Below, in pieces: positions 12,260 to 24,755 of a stretch of 64,000 nt of DNA. Location: assembly GCA_013239625.1 (NCBI GenBank), contig MU053482.1, forward strand, positions 1,773,168-1,837,167, given 5' to 3'. Origin of the DNA: Lama guanicoe. Its lineage: Eukaryota. The notes under the pieces are model-generated. The model did not search any database, was not told the origin of the DNA, and worked only from the letters and a program-made list of their open reading frames with translations. A program made the translations under genes and the position numbers. The first letter of the stretch is position 1, and the number at the start of each line of letters is the position of its first letter.

Positions 12260-14881
12260 TTCTTCCAAATTAGTGACTTAAAATAGCTACCAGCTGGATG
12301 TTTTTGAACTATCAAAGTCCAAAAGGATAATGGCAGGATCAGAGTTTGGGTTGTGGAGCAAGAGTTCAGAGTCACATGTAATAGTGTCACAAGGAAAAGC
12401 AGATGAAGAAGGAGTGAGGAAGAATGAATCTGGGTGATTTTTCTCAACAGCCTTGGAACATACAGATACTCTTTCTTAGTCTTTGGGTGCCATATCCCAA
12501 ATGGATGGGGGTATAGACAGACTTAAATGTGTGAGAGATGTAGGGTGAGATCAGGGTTTTCCCTGGATTCTCCCAGAGGAAGCAAGGATGTTCCTGAGAA
12601 GAAAGGAGGTGGGTGGGGCCTTCTGCTTTCTTTCCTGGCCCATCTCTCTTACTGACACACGCGCCAAGCTACCAATGCTCTGCCTTCCCTTTCTGGGTTG
12701 TGATAGCCAGATGGAGGGTGGGAAGGTAGCAGACAACAGAGTCTGGGGATTGTGACAGATGTCTTTCATATCCAAAATGTCCTTCAGGACAGCATGCGGC
12801 ACATAGTAGGCTTTAGGTTAATACTTGTTGAATGAATGATAAATGAATCAGGACACTCATACAGATGTGGGCACGTTTGGAAGATGATTTGTCCATTTGT
12901 TGCTTTCTTCTATCCAGATAAGGCTGTTTGCACTCTGGCTTCATGAAGGCTCATGCTCTGTGTGTGGGTCCCAAAGGCCAGATGAGTTCTATCTTGCTCA
13001 TACCACAGTGGATCAATCCTAGCAGAACAGAGTTCTTCTCTACCACCCCATCCCAGGAGGTAATGTGCTTTTATGGGAGGAGCTCTGGACTCAGAACTAA
13101 ACACTGGTATTATGGCCCCTTCGTCATCATGGACTTGTTGAGTAAGCTTGAATTGTCACCTACTCTTGTGTGTGTGGGGGGACTCAATTTCTTCTGGGAA
13201 TAATTCCTGCCCTTCTAGGGTCATGGGAAAATTAAATAAGCTAAGAATTAAAAGAGCTTTACAGATCATAAAACATGGTGTGTGGAGGCAGGACTGTGAT
13301 GATAATGATATTGAGTGTGGCATTCAAGATAAGACAAGTTCTTAGCCAGGCAAAATACACATGCTCCTTGAGGGCAGGGCACGTGGGTGATTCCTCTCTC
13401 TAGTCCCCCAGGGCCCAGTAAGAGCAGTACATGGATGCCAAGTGAGTCACTGAATGGAACTGAATTTCTGCAGAAGACCCTTAGTAGTGACCCAGACCTG
13501 GAGGTTTTAGGCCCAAGGAAGACAAGGATCTCCATCACCTGCTATTCTTCAGGGATTAGCTGTTCCTCCTTTGGCACCTATCCACCCATCTCTCTGGACC
13601 TCAAGGAAACTGCCTAGAATCTGAACCTGTGTCTTCACCAATTGCTTCCTTTGCACTCCTGTCATCATGGACTGCTATTATCATCAATGCATGCAGCCTG
13701 GCTGGTGACCCAGAGGGAGGACAACGCACACCACCAGCATCTGCTAATCAATCACTCCCTTTTGAAACACTACTCAGTATGACACCAAAAGCAACAATGT
13801 GCTAACTACATCCATTTCTTGTTATTGGAAGCTATTCAGTTGGGTAGCTATAATAATGGTGCATCTATGTGTCATTTCACAGTGTGCAATTCTTAGTTGT
13901 AGTTGACCAAAAATCGATAAAGACATGCACTACAGTCCAACCCCACTAAGTCATACCATGCATGGGACCATGGGGCACCCTCTGGACCTGCTGCACCAGA
14001 GCCCACATGCCTCTCCCCCCCTCCACAGCTGGCCATTGAGGATGCCCAACCTCAGTCGCCTGGGCACTGTCCCAGGGTAATGTTCAGAGAAGCAGCTGAG
14101 GTGGCTGTGAGAGGGTAGATTTGACCCAAGCCCAGAGAACAGACTAGGACTCCAGAGAGAAAGGACTCCAAGTGCTCAGAAAGTGATGGATGGGGCCCAA
14201 GGACTCTCTAATGTTCATGGACATTTTACAGCATTTTGCAGACGGTCTGAGGGAAATCCAGATCCAGGGAGGCTCTACTTCTCCCAGCCTAAGCACGTTG
14301 TCTCATGCATGATGGCTATGCTCATCCTCTTTTCCCTTCCTCTGCGTCTCCAAAATGACCTCAGTCCTAGTGCTCTGCCTTGATAGTCTATCTCCTCTCC
14401 ACAACCCTCCAGCCATGTCTAGCCCATATTTGACTCTGGGAATGAAGCTGGGTAGGGGGTCAGATTGGAGCAGAGAATGTGAGGAGCCTCGGCTAAGTGT
14501 TGGATGGCTCAGCAGGACCCAGCCAGCCCGTTCCCACACACTATTCTGATACTAGAGCCTCCAGCAGCCCTGGAATCAGCCCTTAATGTATCCACTTATT
14601 TAATAAACATTACCTGAGCATACAATATGTACCTGTTTGACAATGTCTGTTGATTGAAACATTTGAAATGCTTGTGGGAATATTTGGTAAAAGGTTAAAA
14701 TATCAGAGTTGGATGCCTATGGAATCAGAGCTCTTAGTCTTCCGTGGATGTGACCTGGCCCCACTCATTCACTCTGCAATTTGGGTGAATTATTTAATTT
14801 CTCTGTGCCTCATTTTCCGAATGTGTAATACAGAAAGAGTAACAATGATGCTAAGGGTATGGTAAGGATTAAATGAGATCA

Positions 14882-14963
14882 GATGTTGAGCCATATGAAA
14901 TTGCCACCAGCTGGATGTTTTTGAACTAGAAAAACACTAATTTCATATGGTTTGAACCTAATA
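14882..14963. mobile_element. MADE2-like mariner MITE inserted in a MIR
   Basis: About 80 bp with terminal inverted repeats ccatatgaaatt...aatttcatatgg, ending aacctaata. MIR sequence on both sides (about 14690-15020). Confidence 0.75.
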
Positions 14964-17900
14964 AAGTGCTTAGCACAGGGCTTGGTATAGAACAACTGCT
15001 CAATAGATAGTAGCTTTGCTTCTTGTTATCCAGCTGGTACAAGCCTAACAGTGAGTTCTCTCACCTCGACTATCTTTCTAGTCCTGACATTTGGAGATGA
15101 AGCTCTTTCTAGTACCACCAGGAAGGTTTTGACTCAAAGTTTGCACATTCAGTGGGTGCATTTTACTCAGGATGGGGGGGGGGCAATCATGCTAGAGCAG
15201 GCAGTGAATGCCACAGCTAAAGACTAGCCAAAGAGCTACCAAATTGTGCCCAAGAGTTGACATTTCTTTAGGTCTTATTCAAAGTGGGACACATCAATAC
15301 AAAGTTAACTGCTAATGCTAATTACCACTCTCATTTATTTTAACCAAGTTTTATTTCTAGGAAATCCTGTTGGAGTGGGAATTGCCTCTCTACTTAATCA
15401 CAGAGAATGTGTCCTTTAATCACAAATATATTTTTTTCAAGTGCCAGGAGAAGGCAGAAGCAGGAACAAGTCTACTGTGGGCAAAGAAGAGTGCAGTCCT
15501 CTGTCCCAGAGGGGCAGGAAGGGGAGTGGGAGATGGGATTAGAGTCTGCTTTCCAGATAGCTTGAGTCCAGGAGGAACACAGGGCCTGGAAGCCTGGACC
15601 ATGGACAAAGCCTTCCTGTCTCTGCATCTTTTTCTCTTGAATGACCTGCTCAGACAGCATTGTCACTGAAAACAGCAAAGTCTCTACCCTGCCAGAAAAC
15701 AGCCCACCAAACCTGGGGTCCAGAGCTACCCCCCTACCCGGCAGCACTGGTCTCCACTCTGATGCAGAGTGCCTTGATGGCAAGGCGGGCTTCTCAGGGC
15801 TTCGTGGATTTTCTCAATGCCCCAGGGCTCTCCCTGCATTTCCTCCCGGCCAGGGCCCAATTCCTAGTTTTCAAGGAAGTGAGACAAGGCTGCTTGCTCT
15901 GTAGTCCCCTGGGGCCTTCGGCCTTGGCAGAGCAGAAACATACCGCCACCTGCAGCAGCTGCAAGCCTCTTCCTATTTTTCCTTGTCTCCGTCCTCCAGC
16001 GTGTTTCCAGTCCTTAGAAAGAGTATATGCTGGGGACCCAGAATTCCCTTTGGCTTTTACCAAAGAGGCTGTATTTTTATTTACAGAGTCAAAAAGTTGA
16101 GTGGCAAAGAGAAAGCAAAAAACAACCTGCAGTTTGTCAGCCATTGCCTTTGAGCAATGGAAAGTCCCACCCCACGTGTTGCACATGCGGCAATGAGGCT
16201 CAGAGAAGGGGAGGGGCTCGCCCAAGGTCACACAGCGAGTCTCTTTTCCTTGCTCTAATAAGCTTTTCTTTCCACAATTCTGTATGAAGTGCCAACTGGA
16301 GGCCACCCCCAGAGACGAAGAAGAACAAGAGAACCAATCTCAAAGTCTGCATCTCAGCCATAGAGCCCTCTGTGTTATGATGCCCTGGGGAAATGCAACC
16401 CCCCCAAGTTTGAAGTGAGGAGGCCCCCTCTTGAAAAATCAGTTAAAATGCCTTCCTTTATGCACATGCCAACTTTGACTTCAAAAAGACTTTATTCCCA
16501 AGGATAAACAACCCCATGTTTGTGTAATATAATTAAGTGAAGGCATCTTTAAATGTCATACTAGCTTGTGCCCATTTCAAATTGTTATGCATCAACAGAA
16601 CTTAACGAGATAGCCAAGCCTTCTCCTTGCTGTGAGACGGAGATAAGCCACAGCACTGTGGGCCCTTTAATAGATTGCCAAAATAAAGCACTTTCTATGC
16701 AAATTATTCATGCAGTGGGACAGCTAATCGCTTGCCAAGAGCCCGCCCACTGCCTCTCTGCAATTAGTCGTGAAGTTGAGGGAGCTCCAGACTCTGCAGG
16801 AGCACTCAGGGCACCTGCTCCTATAGCTGGTTTTCAGGTGAGCAGAACTTCCTTTCTGCTGGTGGTGGGGCCTGGACTCCCCCGCCATGGAGACCGGTGA
16901 GGGGTGTGAGGGGGTGGGCAGTCGGTAGACAGGTCAAGGTGAAAGGGAACGGGAGTTCCTGGAGTGTCATCCCAGCCCAGCACCTGTTTCGATGTTTGCA
17001 GTGGGTACTTGGGCAGCCTCAGTTTCCTCATCTGTAAATCAGGGTGGACGCTGGTCTGAGGTTCCCAATAGCCTGGTGTTTCAAGGACAAGTGGCAAAGG
17101 GAATTGGGAGTAAGTTCAGTCCTTTCCCTACTCAAGGGACAACCCACTTTGGGCTTGTAGAAACCAGAGACTCAAGATCAGAATAGGGATTTGGAATCAG
17201 GAAAACCTGCAGGGTCCCAGTCAGCTACCTGCCCATCCTGCAACTGTTATCACAGACATAGGCAGTCTCTGTGGCAGCCAAAAGAGAGTCCCAGATAATT
17301 TAACCAACGATTAGCACTCAGCCCCTCAACTCTCACACAAACCCACCAGCTCTCTCTGCCCCTCCCGAGTCTGTCCCTGAGTCTCTCACTATCTCTCTCT
17401 CTCTTCCTCCCTCTTCCACCAACAACTGGCTGTGGGAGCCTCTGCAAGAGGATCCGGCATCCAGTGGCCTCCTGAAACCAGAGCAGCTTTGATCTGGGAA
17501 TGGAAGATTGGGATATCAGGCTCTGGCATCGACTTGTGCAGGGCTGCACCCCCAACCTGAGATCACACGTTCCTTCCCCAAAGATGATGGGGCCGAGACT
17601 CTAGCCCACTTTTGGCCTCCAATCCCAAGATTTGACGAGATGGGCTGAACCTAAGTTGCCAAAGGAGCAGACTTGCTCAGTGAGGGATGAAGGAGTATCT
17701 CGAGGGTACACATCACGTGTATATACATGTGGAAGGAGGGACAGTTTTTGATGTTATGGGCAGCTTTAGAAGTTAACTGCTCACTTGGCAGTTTAGGGCC
17801 TAGGTAACCCACGGGTTCTCGTCAGTGGTTTGCTTACTTACCAGAAAGTTATTTTCTTATTAGGGTTTAACACATCAAAATGGCAGTAATTTAAGCTAGC

Positions 17901-19132
17901 AGAGTGATGGATGATGGATACTCGCCTTTGATATTGTCCGACAGCCTTTCGATGCACTGAGAGTCCCAGGGAAGGCATGGATGAGAGGACCACTTGGCTG
18001 GGAATCCAAGGATTAGCTGTGCTCCTTCCTATGATGTGCAGCTCTGGTGACTCCCACCGGGAGGAGCTCTAGAAATGCCTGTTAATCCTCCCATGCAGAG
18101 GTCAAGGCCCCGAAGGGCCCTGATTCCCAACACAGAAATGACCAGCGGGGACGCTGAGCCCTGCTGCTGAGCTGCTTTAGGGGCAAAGGAACTGCTTGAA
18201 TTAGCTGCTTGCTACTTCTCTGGGCTTCCTTCCTTCCTCCCTCATCAGCTACTTGACCCCACCTGTGGCCTCCGTGGAGCCCAGGAGGTGTCACTCTGGT
18301 GTTACTCAGTATCACATCTGGTCCCTGTCTCTGACCCTAGGTCTGATCACTTCATTCTAATTTGTTACAAGGCTCAAGGCCCCACCAGGTCGCCTGCCCA
18401 GTGCTTAGACCAGCTTCGACCAACCAGCCCTGCCCACTGCCCCTGGGGCTGGGGCCCTGCTGCCGGCTGGTGCTCAGCCCTCCTTGCCTCAGGTGCTGGC
18501 TGTGAACTTCCATCACCAAGCTCTGTATGAGGTCATTCCTCCTGCACCGAGTGGACTCAGGCGTGTGGAGCCCGAGCTAGGTCGTGCCTGGCGTTTGGTC
18601 CTCCCTATGGCCTCCTGGTTCCCATTGCTTGACTAATATGCCGCCCCTCAGAGAAGGCGTGGTGTGATCAGGGTGGGGGACTCTCCCCACCTCCTCATCC
18701 TTGGAGGGCTCCAAGGCCAGGTCCCCCTAAAGCCCTTCTACCTGAGACTAGGCTTTGTTAGAGGTCTCATGGTGTCTGGGGGCCAGTCTGGGGATCCATT
18801 CTCCCATGTGGGACATCATTTCTGTAGAGAATGCATAGTGAGTACCTAATGGCTCCCAAATGGGTTCCTGGAGCCCAAATCTTGTATAACCAGAGCTTGT
18901 CAACTCTGTTAGACATGTGCAGCCTTGCTCCACACTGGACAAGATCCCCCAAAAGTCCATGGCCATGGCAGTCTGTTTCCCCGCCTCTTTGCTGGCCAGC
19001 CCTAGTGCTTCCAGCGTACTTTGCACCCACCAGTGCTCAGGGCACAAGCTTCAGTGGGAATTTGCATATTTAACTCTCCTCCGCCTCAGGTGATTCTAAG
19101 ACAACTGGGAGTGGGAACTCTGATCTTGTCAA

Positions 19133-19297
19133 CTGCTTCTCAAACTTTAACAAGCATCAAACATCTAAAGAGCTCGATAAAGCCTAGATTCCTGGGCCCT
19201 ATGACCTAGGATTCAGATTCAGGAGGTCTGAGGGGGCACCCAAGCTCCCAGGTGATGGATGCTACAGGTTCATGGATCATACTTCGAATAGCAAGGG
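19133..19297. mobile_element. MER5A-like hAT-Charlie MITE
   Basis: ttctcaaactt...agattcctgggccc...gattcag...aagctccccaggtgat...tcatacttcgaatagcaagg. Confidence 0.65.
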
Positions 19298-19479
19298 TCT
19301 TATCCAACCTCTCAGCAAAACAGGGCAGGTGATGCTGGCCACCCACACAAATGCCCCTCTATGAGGATTCGGGTTCCCACCTGAGGAGGGCAACAAAACT
19401 CCAGCCAGACCCAAGTGGGCCATGTGGCCACGTGTCGATTCTCTGACCTGGCCCAGATGGTCAGGGCATCCAGAGTGTC

Positions 19480-20060
19480 AGCCCCTGCCATTGGCTGTCC
19501 CGTCATTGACGGGTTGTCATTGACGACAGAAACTTAGCCAATGGCAATCAATCAGGGGGCCCGCGCTGCCTTAAATACCAGCAGAGCAAACAGCCTCAGA
19601 CAAAGCTGCGCCATATATCAATTACCAAGGGGGCTGCGTGCTCCTCTGGGCGGAGGGAGCCGGAGCAAGCGGCCAGGGCTGCTGCCCCAGCTGATAAGGG
19701 CCCGCATTGTTCGGGGACAGCTGGCGGCCCGATAAGGGCCTGCTCGCCCGAGATAATGGCAGTGGGCAGGCGCCTCGCAGCAGTTTAGAATTTCTTGGGT
19801 CTCCAAGAAAGGTTCTATTAAGCCCACTGACCCCAATTGAATATTAATTAGCTAATTAACGGATTTATTGTTCCACGCCATTTCTGGAGAGGCCATTTTT
19901 TTCGAGTGCCATTATTTTTGTAAATGATTTTTCACATTGTGCATAATTGAATCTTTGCAGCTGCCAGCATCTTCTGCATGATTTGGCAAAAAAAAGGAAG
20001 CAGAAGCACTTAGGGCTTTTTCCCCCGCCTCTCTCCCCGAACAAATGTTTTCAGCCCCTC
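19480..20060. promoter_or_regulatory. Downstream enhancer-like element with GATA, E-box, homeodomain, TALE, SOX and CCAAT motifs
   Basis: GATAA x3, CAGCTG x2, CATTGTT, TGATTGATT (minus strand), paired CCAAT boxes and palindromic TTAATTAGCTAATTAA; CpG-retaining, non-repetitive sequence. Confidence 0.65.
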
Positions 20061-21369
20061 CTGCTAATGCCGGAGTGAGGGGGAAATGGGGGGGGCTGGT
20101 TCTGTTTCACAGGTTTGATTTTTAAGCTGAACTGCAAGGCCAGCACTCCTTTCCTTCCTTTGTAGGCAGCTGAGGGCCCAGGCACTCCAGGCGGTCCTGC
20201 ACCAGGCCTTTGTCTGGCTGTCTTCAAACTAGCCAGACTTAGCTTTTTGCAGCCCAAACTCCTTAAAGCATTGTGCTCTCTATTAGGGGGTAGGTAGAGG
20301 GAACAAGGCCTGAGCTTGTCCCACCCAGAACTCCCGTTGGAGGGAGGCCAGCTCTGACCAGGAGAGCAGTACCCGCTGGGGGCTCTGCCTTGGTTCCCCC
20401 CGTGACCTGCCCCAGCCCCGCCCTTCCCCAGCTAGAGCCTACCTGGGTCTGGTTGCTCTGGGGGAACAGAACCCCATTCCAGCATCTCTCTGCTGCTCTT
20501 TAGTAAGTCTGCTCCAAATTCCATGCCAGGGCTGCCTGAGTCCCTGGAGCTGGCATCTGCCCGTAATAAGTTGACCCAGGCGGTCCCACAGGCAAATGGC
20601 TGATTGAATCAAACCCATTCCTCAGAATAGGGTCTAGAATGGGAGGAGGGGGTATATGTGCTGGGGTGGGGCTGACATGGAAGGTTCAGCAATATTGCCT
20701 GGCAGCACTGGGGAGCCCCGCTGGACCTCTCAGCCTCCTCCAGCATCGTTAATGAAGCCAGAGGGCTGGGCTGAGACTCCAGGAATATTAGTCTGGGGTC
20801 CCCAGTGGGTGGGTCTAAAGGATGCTTGTGCCCAGGACCTGCCCCTGGCCACCAAGGGCTGCAGAGTTTTATTGGGATTTTTTATTAAGCCACCTCTTTT
20901 TGCCCTCATCCCTGTCCCTATCCTGCTGCTTGTGCTCAGAAAAAGGAATTCTGAGGACTTTCTGAGCAGAGAGATGAGTCAGGAGGAAGGTCTTGCATCC
21001 TCCTCTGCAAACACTGGCTGGGACCACGCCATCTGCCTGTGTCTTTTCCTCTGGGCTGGAATAAAGTCCGCAGACAGCATGAGAGATGTCATGGGCATCC
21101 TCACCAGGTGCAAAAGTTGTGGAAGGGACCCGAAAAGTCTGGCTAAGAACTGGAGGTGGCCCTTAGAGTTGGAGGAGGTGGGTCATTCAGGCTCTGTTGA
21201 TCAGAAATGAGTCAAACACTTCCTTAGCACAATAATCCGGGGGTGGACAGCTTTACTAATAAGGATCATCCTTATATCGAGTGTGCATGCTCCTCCCTAT
21301 AACCCCCCTGAGAGTCTCCCTGTCCCCATGACAACCATTCAGCTGGTAACAGCAGTAATCATGGTAGTA

Positions 21370-21590
21370 TATAATATTAATTGAGGAACTACTATGTGCC
21401 ACACACAGTACTAAGCACCTATCATGCATCACCTCATTTAGTCTTCCTAGTCTTCCTAATAGCCCTGTGAGGTAGATGGGATCCTGAGGCACAGATGTGT
21501 GATGTAACCTAGGCAAGGTCACTGATAGAAGTAACAGCACCAGACACCAAACCTCACATTGCCAGACCCCAGAGCCCCGACTTGTGACCG
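21370..21590 (-). mobile_element. MIR SINE (one of many MIR fragments in the window)
   Basis: attgaggaactactatgtgcc...ctcatttagtc...ccctgtgaggtag...ctgaggcacaga...aaggtcac core. Confidence 0.75.
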
Positions 21591-23890
21591 CTCTACTCCC
21601 CAGACAGGAACACCATGGCCCTGAGGCTGTTCTTCTGCAGTTAACAAGCTCAGTTGCTGCAGAAGCTCCTTGTCTAGCAAGGCTCCCTCTCCCTGCCATC
21701 CTGGACCTCCTTCCTGACATCCAAAGCCCAGATGTAGTCTGGCCAGAAGAAAGAGTGAGTCCATTACCTTCCATATTTTAGATGCTACACTCTGCTAATG
21801 CAGCCTAGTTGGCAATAAGTTTCTCAGCAAAGGGTCCCACAGCTTCCCAATACCTCCTGTCCGCCAAGGTTCAGATTCATTATTTTGAAAAGGAGCCAAA
21901 AAGATAATAGACATCAGAAGTCGAGTGGACCCCAAGTGTATACTCCCAGCAGCTTAGTGAAGCCATCAAGGACATAGGTGTTTCCATTCCTCCATTCTGA
22001 CTTCCTGGGTGTCAGTTTCATTCTAAGGCTGGTTTCCTTTATGGTTATAAGGTGCTTCCAGTGGCAAATAGAACTACTTCAGGATAACTTGGCTACGTAC
22101 TCACTCTGGACCAATATAGGTGCTTGGTACACTCTTTTGATTTAGACTGATCATCTGTGGAATGGAGCTTAGAGTCCACGAAATGACCACCACGGAGGGT
22201 GTCTCAGGTAGATGCTCCCTTGTTCCTATGACAAAGAAAAAGATACTTGTGCTTGACTCTGCTTCAGTTTCTCAACCAGACATGCACTGCTTCTTCCTGG
22301 AGTTCTCTAAGAGAAATTCACCACTGCAACAAAGCTGATCTCACCAGAGGAATGCATATTCCTCCTAATGACCTGATTCTTTTTTCTCTCCAAAAATTAT
22401 GACCTGGCATTATCGTGCTAAGGAAGTGTTTGACTCACTTCTGATCCTGCCTTCACAGGCTCCTCCATTCACGGAGAACGCTCCCACCTGAGTCATTTGG
22501 GATATTGGCGCCATTCTCAATTTCTTTCTCTATGAGCCCCGACTGTCTTCCCAGGTAACGGGTGCTGGGGGGGACTGAGAAGGTAGCCACAGTCCATCTC
22601 AGCTCATAAAATATTGTCTGCCTGATGTGAACACCATTCCTTCAGCTATTTTATTCTCTGTGCCCGCAGATGCCCTAGGAAGAGAACACAGGTAACAGTC
22701 CTTGGAAGGAGATCTGGGAGGCTAGGTTGTCTGAAAAGGGAAAAAGCAGACCTTGGAAGCTAGGGGTGGGTAGAGCAATTCACCTCTGCATCCCCAGGAG
22801 GGTTCTAGTATATGTTTTCTGAATGGATATAAAAATACAAAATCCCAGCAGGGGCCCATGAAGAGCAAGTCATGCAAAACTCATTTCTCACCTGGGCAAT
22901 TGAAACTGCAGGTGTCTCTACCCCTGGTGTCTGCTCTCTCTGGTTCACCCTTTTTATCACCCCAGAGTGATCTTTCAAAGAGCACAGATCTGATCATGTC
23001 CTTGTTCCATTTACAAAGCTCTGACATTTCCCTGTTGCCTCAAGGATCAAGGCCCATCTCCCTAGCCCAGCATGAGGGCTCCTGCCAGCAGCCTGGCTGC
23101 TCTGCCCAAGGGCCTCTGTGTTGTGCTGTGGTCACACCGAGCTCTGGACCACCCTCCACCCAAGCCCGCTCTCTCCCACTTCTGGGCCTTTACCCACTGC
23201 CTGCTGTGTGCATCCTCCCTTGTTGGATGGTTCAGGTGCCCTTTCCTCAGAAACCCTCCTGTCTCCCAGGCTGTTAGTCACTTGTCTCCCTCCTTCCTGA
23301 AGCTCTGTCAGGACACTGACCACACTGAGTTATGACCTTTTTGCTGGCTGGCTCCTGAATCCCCTTCTGCCTGTGAAAGTTTTTGAGGGCAGGGACTTTG
23401 CTTCCTCTCTTTTGTATCTCCCTTGCCTGATCCTACTTTAGACACTCAACATACATTGGATAGAGAGAAAAATGGATGGGAGGAGGAATGGAAGGAGGGA
23501 GGAACAGACAGATGAATTTAACCAACCTCACTTTTTTCCACCTATGTCACTTAACAGCTATCAGGGATGGTTTGTGGTGTCTGGACTTTTGCTAGATTCT
23601 TTCATAACCTCATCTATGCCTGTGATGGAAAATTGTGTGACATGGTATGACTCAGCTGTTGAAGAACTGCCCTCAAAGAGCACCAAATAAGGGTACCTTG
23701 ATAGGAGATGCCTAGTGACCAGCCACAGAGCTCTGTCCTAGCCTATGTCCTGCCCAATTTTTAGCCAAGAGAGTGATCATCTCTTCTTGCGATCAGTATT
23801 ATTACCCCTTGGCAGAGGCAGCATTTTAAAGTATCACTCCATGGTGCTGAACTCTGCCATCTGCTGAACATTTCTGGTCTATCACCAGAA

Positions 23891-23961
23891 ATGGCCACCA
23901 TTCAGGACTCATTTTCTCTTTCTCTTTCCTCCTCAACACCTTCTCTCCATTCCAACTCCCC
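23891..23961 (+). repeat. ~70-bp direct repeat, copy 1
   Basis: Matches 26041-26110; the last 36 nt (ttcctcctcaacaccttctctccattccaactcccc) are identical. Confidence 0.9.
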
Positions 23962-24615
23962 TCAGAGTCCTCCTCAATAAAGGGCACCCCCTGACCCCAA
24001 TCATGTGCCTTGTTCCCCAAGCCAGAGACCATCCAGTATCTCCATGAACTACAGCTCTTTCCTTCTGCCTCCTTCCTTACATGCCACCTTCTGCTCAAGA
24101 ACCTATTACAGCTCTTTATTGCCCTGCACATAGAAGGGTTAAACTCTTCTGCTCAGCTTCCAATTTCTTGCCCCCCCATGTCAACTCCAAACACATTCTA
24201 TGTCCTAACATCCCTTCTGTTTCAAGCAGTCAGCTTCCGCCCTGTACCTGTAAGGCCTTCCTGCACATTTCTAGCTATTCTTTTTGTAAGAAGCAACTCA
24301 GTGCCTCCTCTCAGATATTTTTGTACCACATGGCCACCATCTTCAGAGTTCTCACAGCATGGTACACATCCATTTGTTCTCACCATGTATTGCTGATACT
24401 GATGGAATATACCTGAGGAACCAAAGAGCAGGCATCCTGTCCCAAGATTCAGACGAGCTGACTTCTGTTCTCTCCTCGGCAACACCTAGCTGCATTACAA
24501 TGTGTTTTATTTCCTCACCTGTAATGTGGGCATATTAACGTGTGCTCTCTCAGAGTGGCTGTGAGACAAATACAGAAACAGAGGTGACATGGATTTAATA
24601 AACGGAAACATTTTC

Positions 24616-24755
24616 ACCTGCAAGGTGGAAAAACCAAACTAAAAATCAGACTATCTAAAAAGGGGTAATCTTAATTTCAGCATACATGTACGTTTATTTT
24701 ATTTCAAAAATACAACTTTCTTTTGCATTTTAGGTACTGTATTTATTTTAAATCA
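24616..24755 (+). repeat. Left arm of 140-bp inverted repeat
   Basis: Ungapped reverse complement of 25552-25691 with 8 mismatches. Confidence 0.95.
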
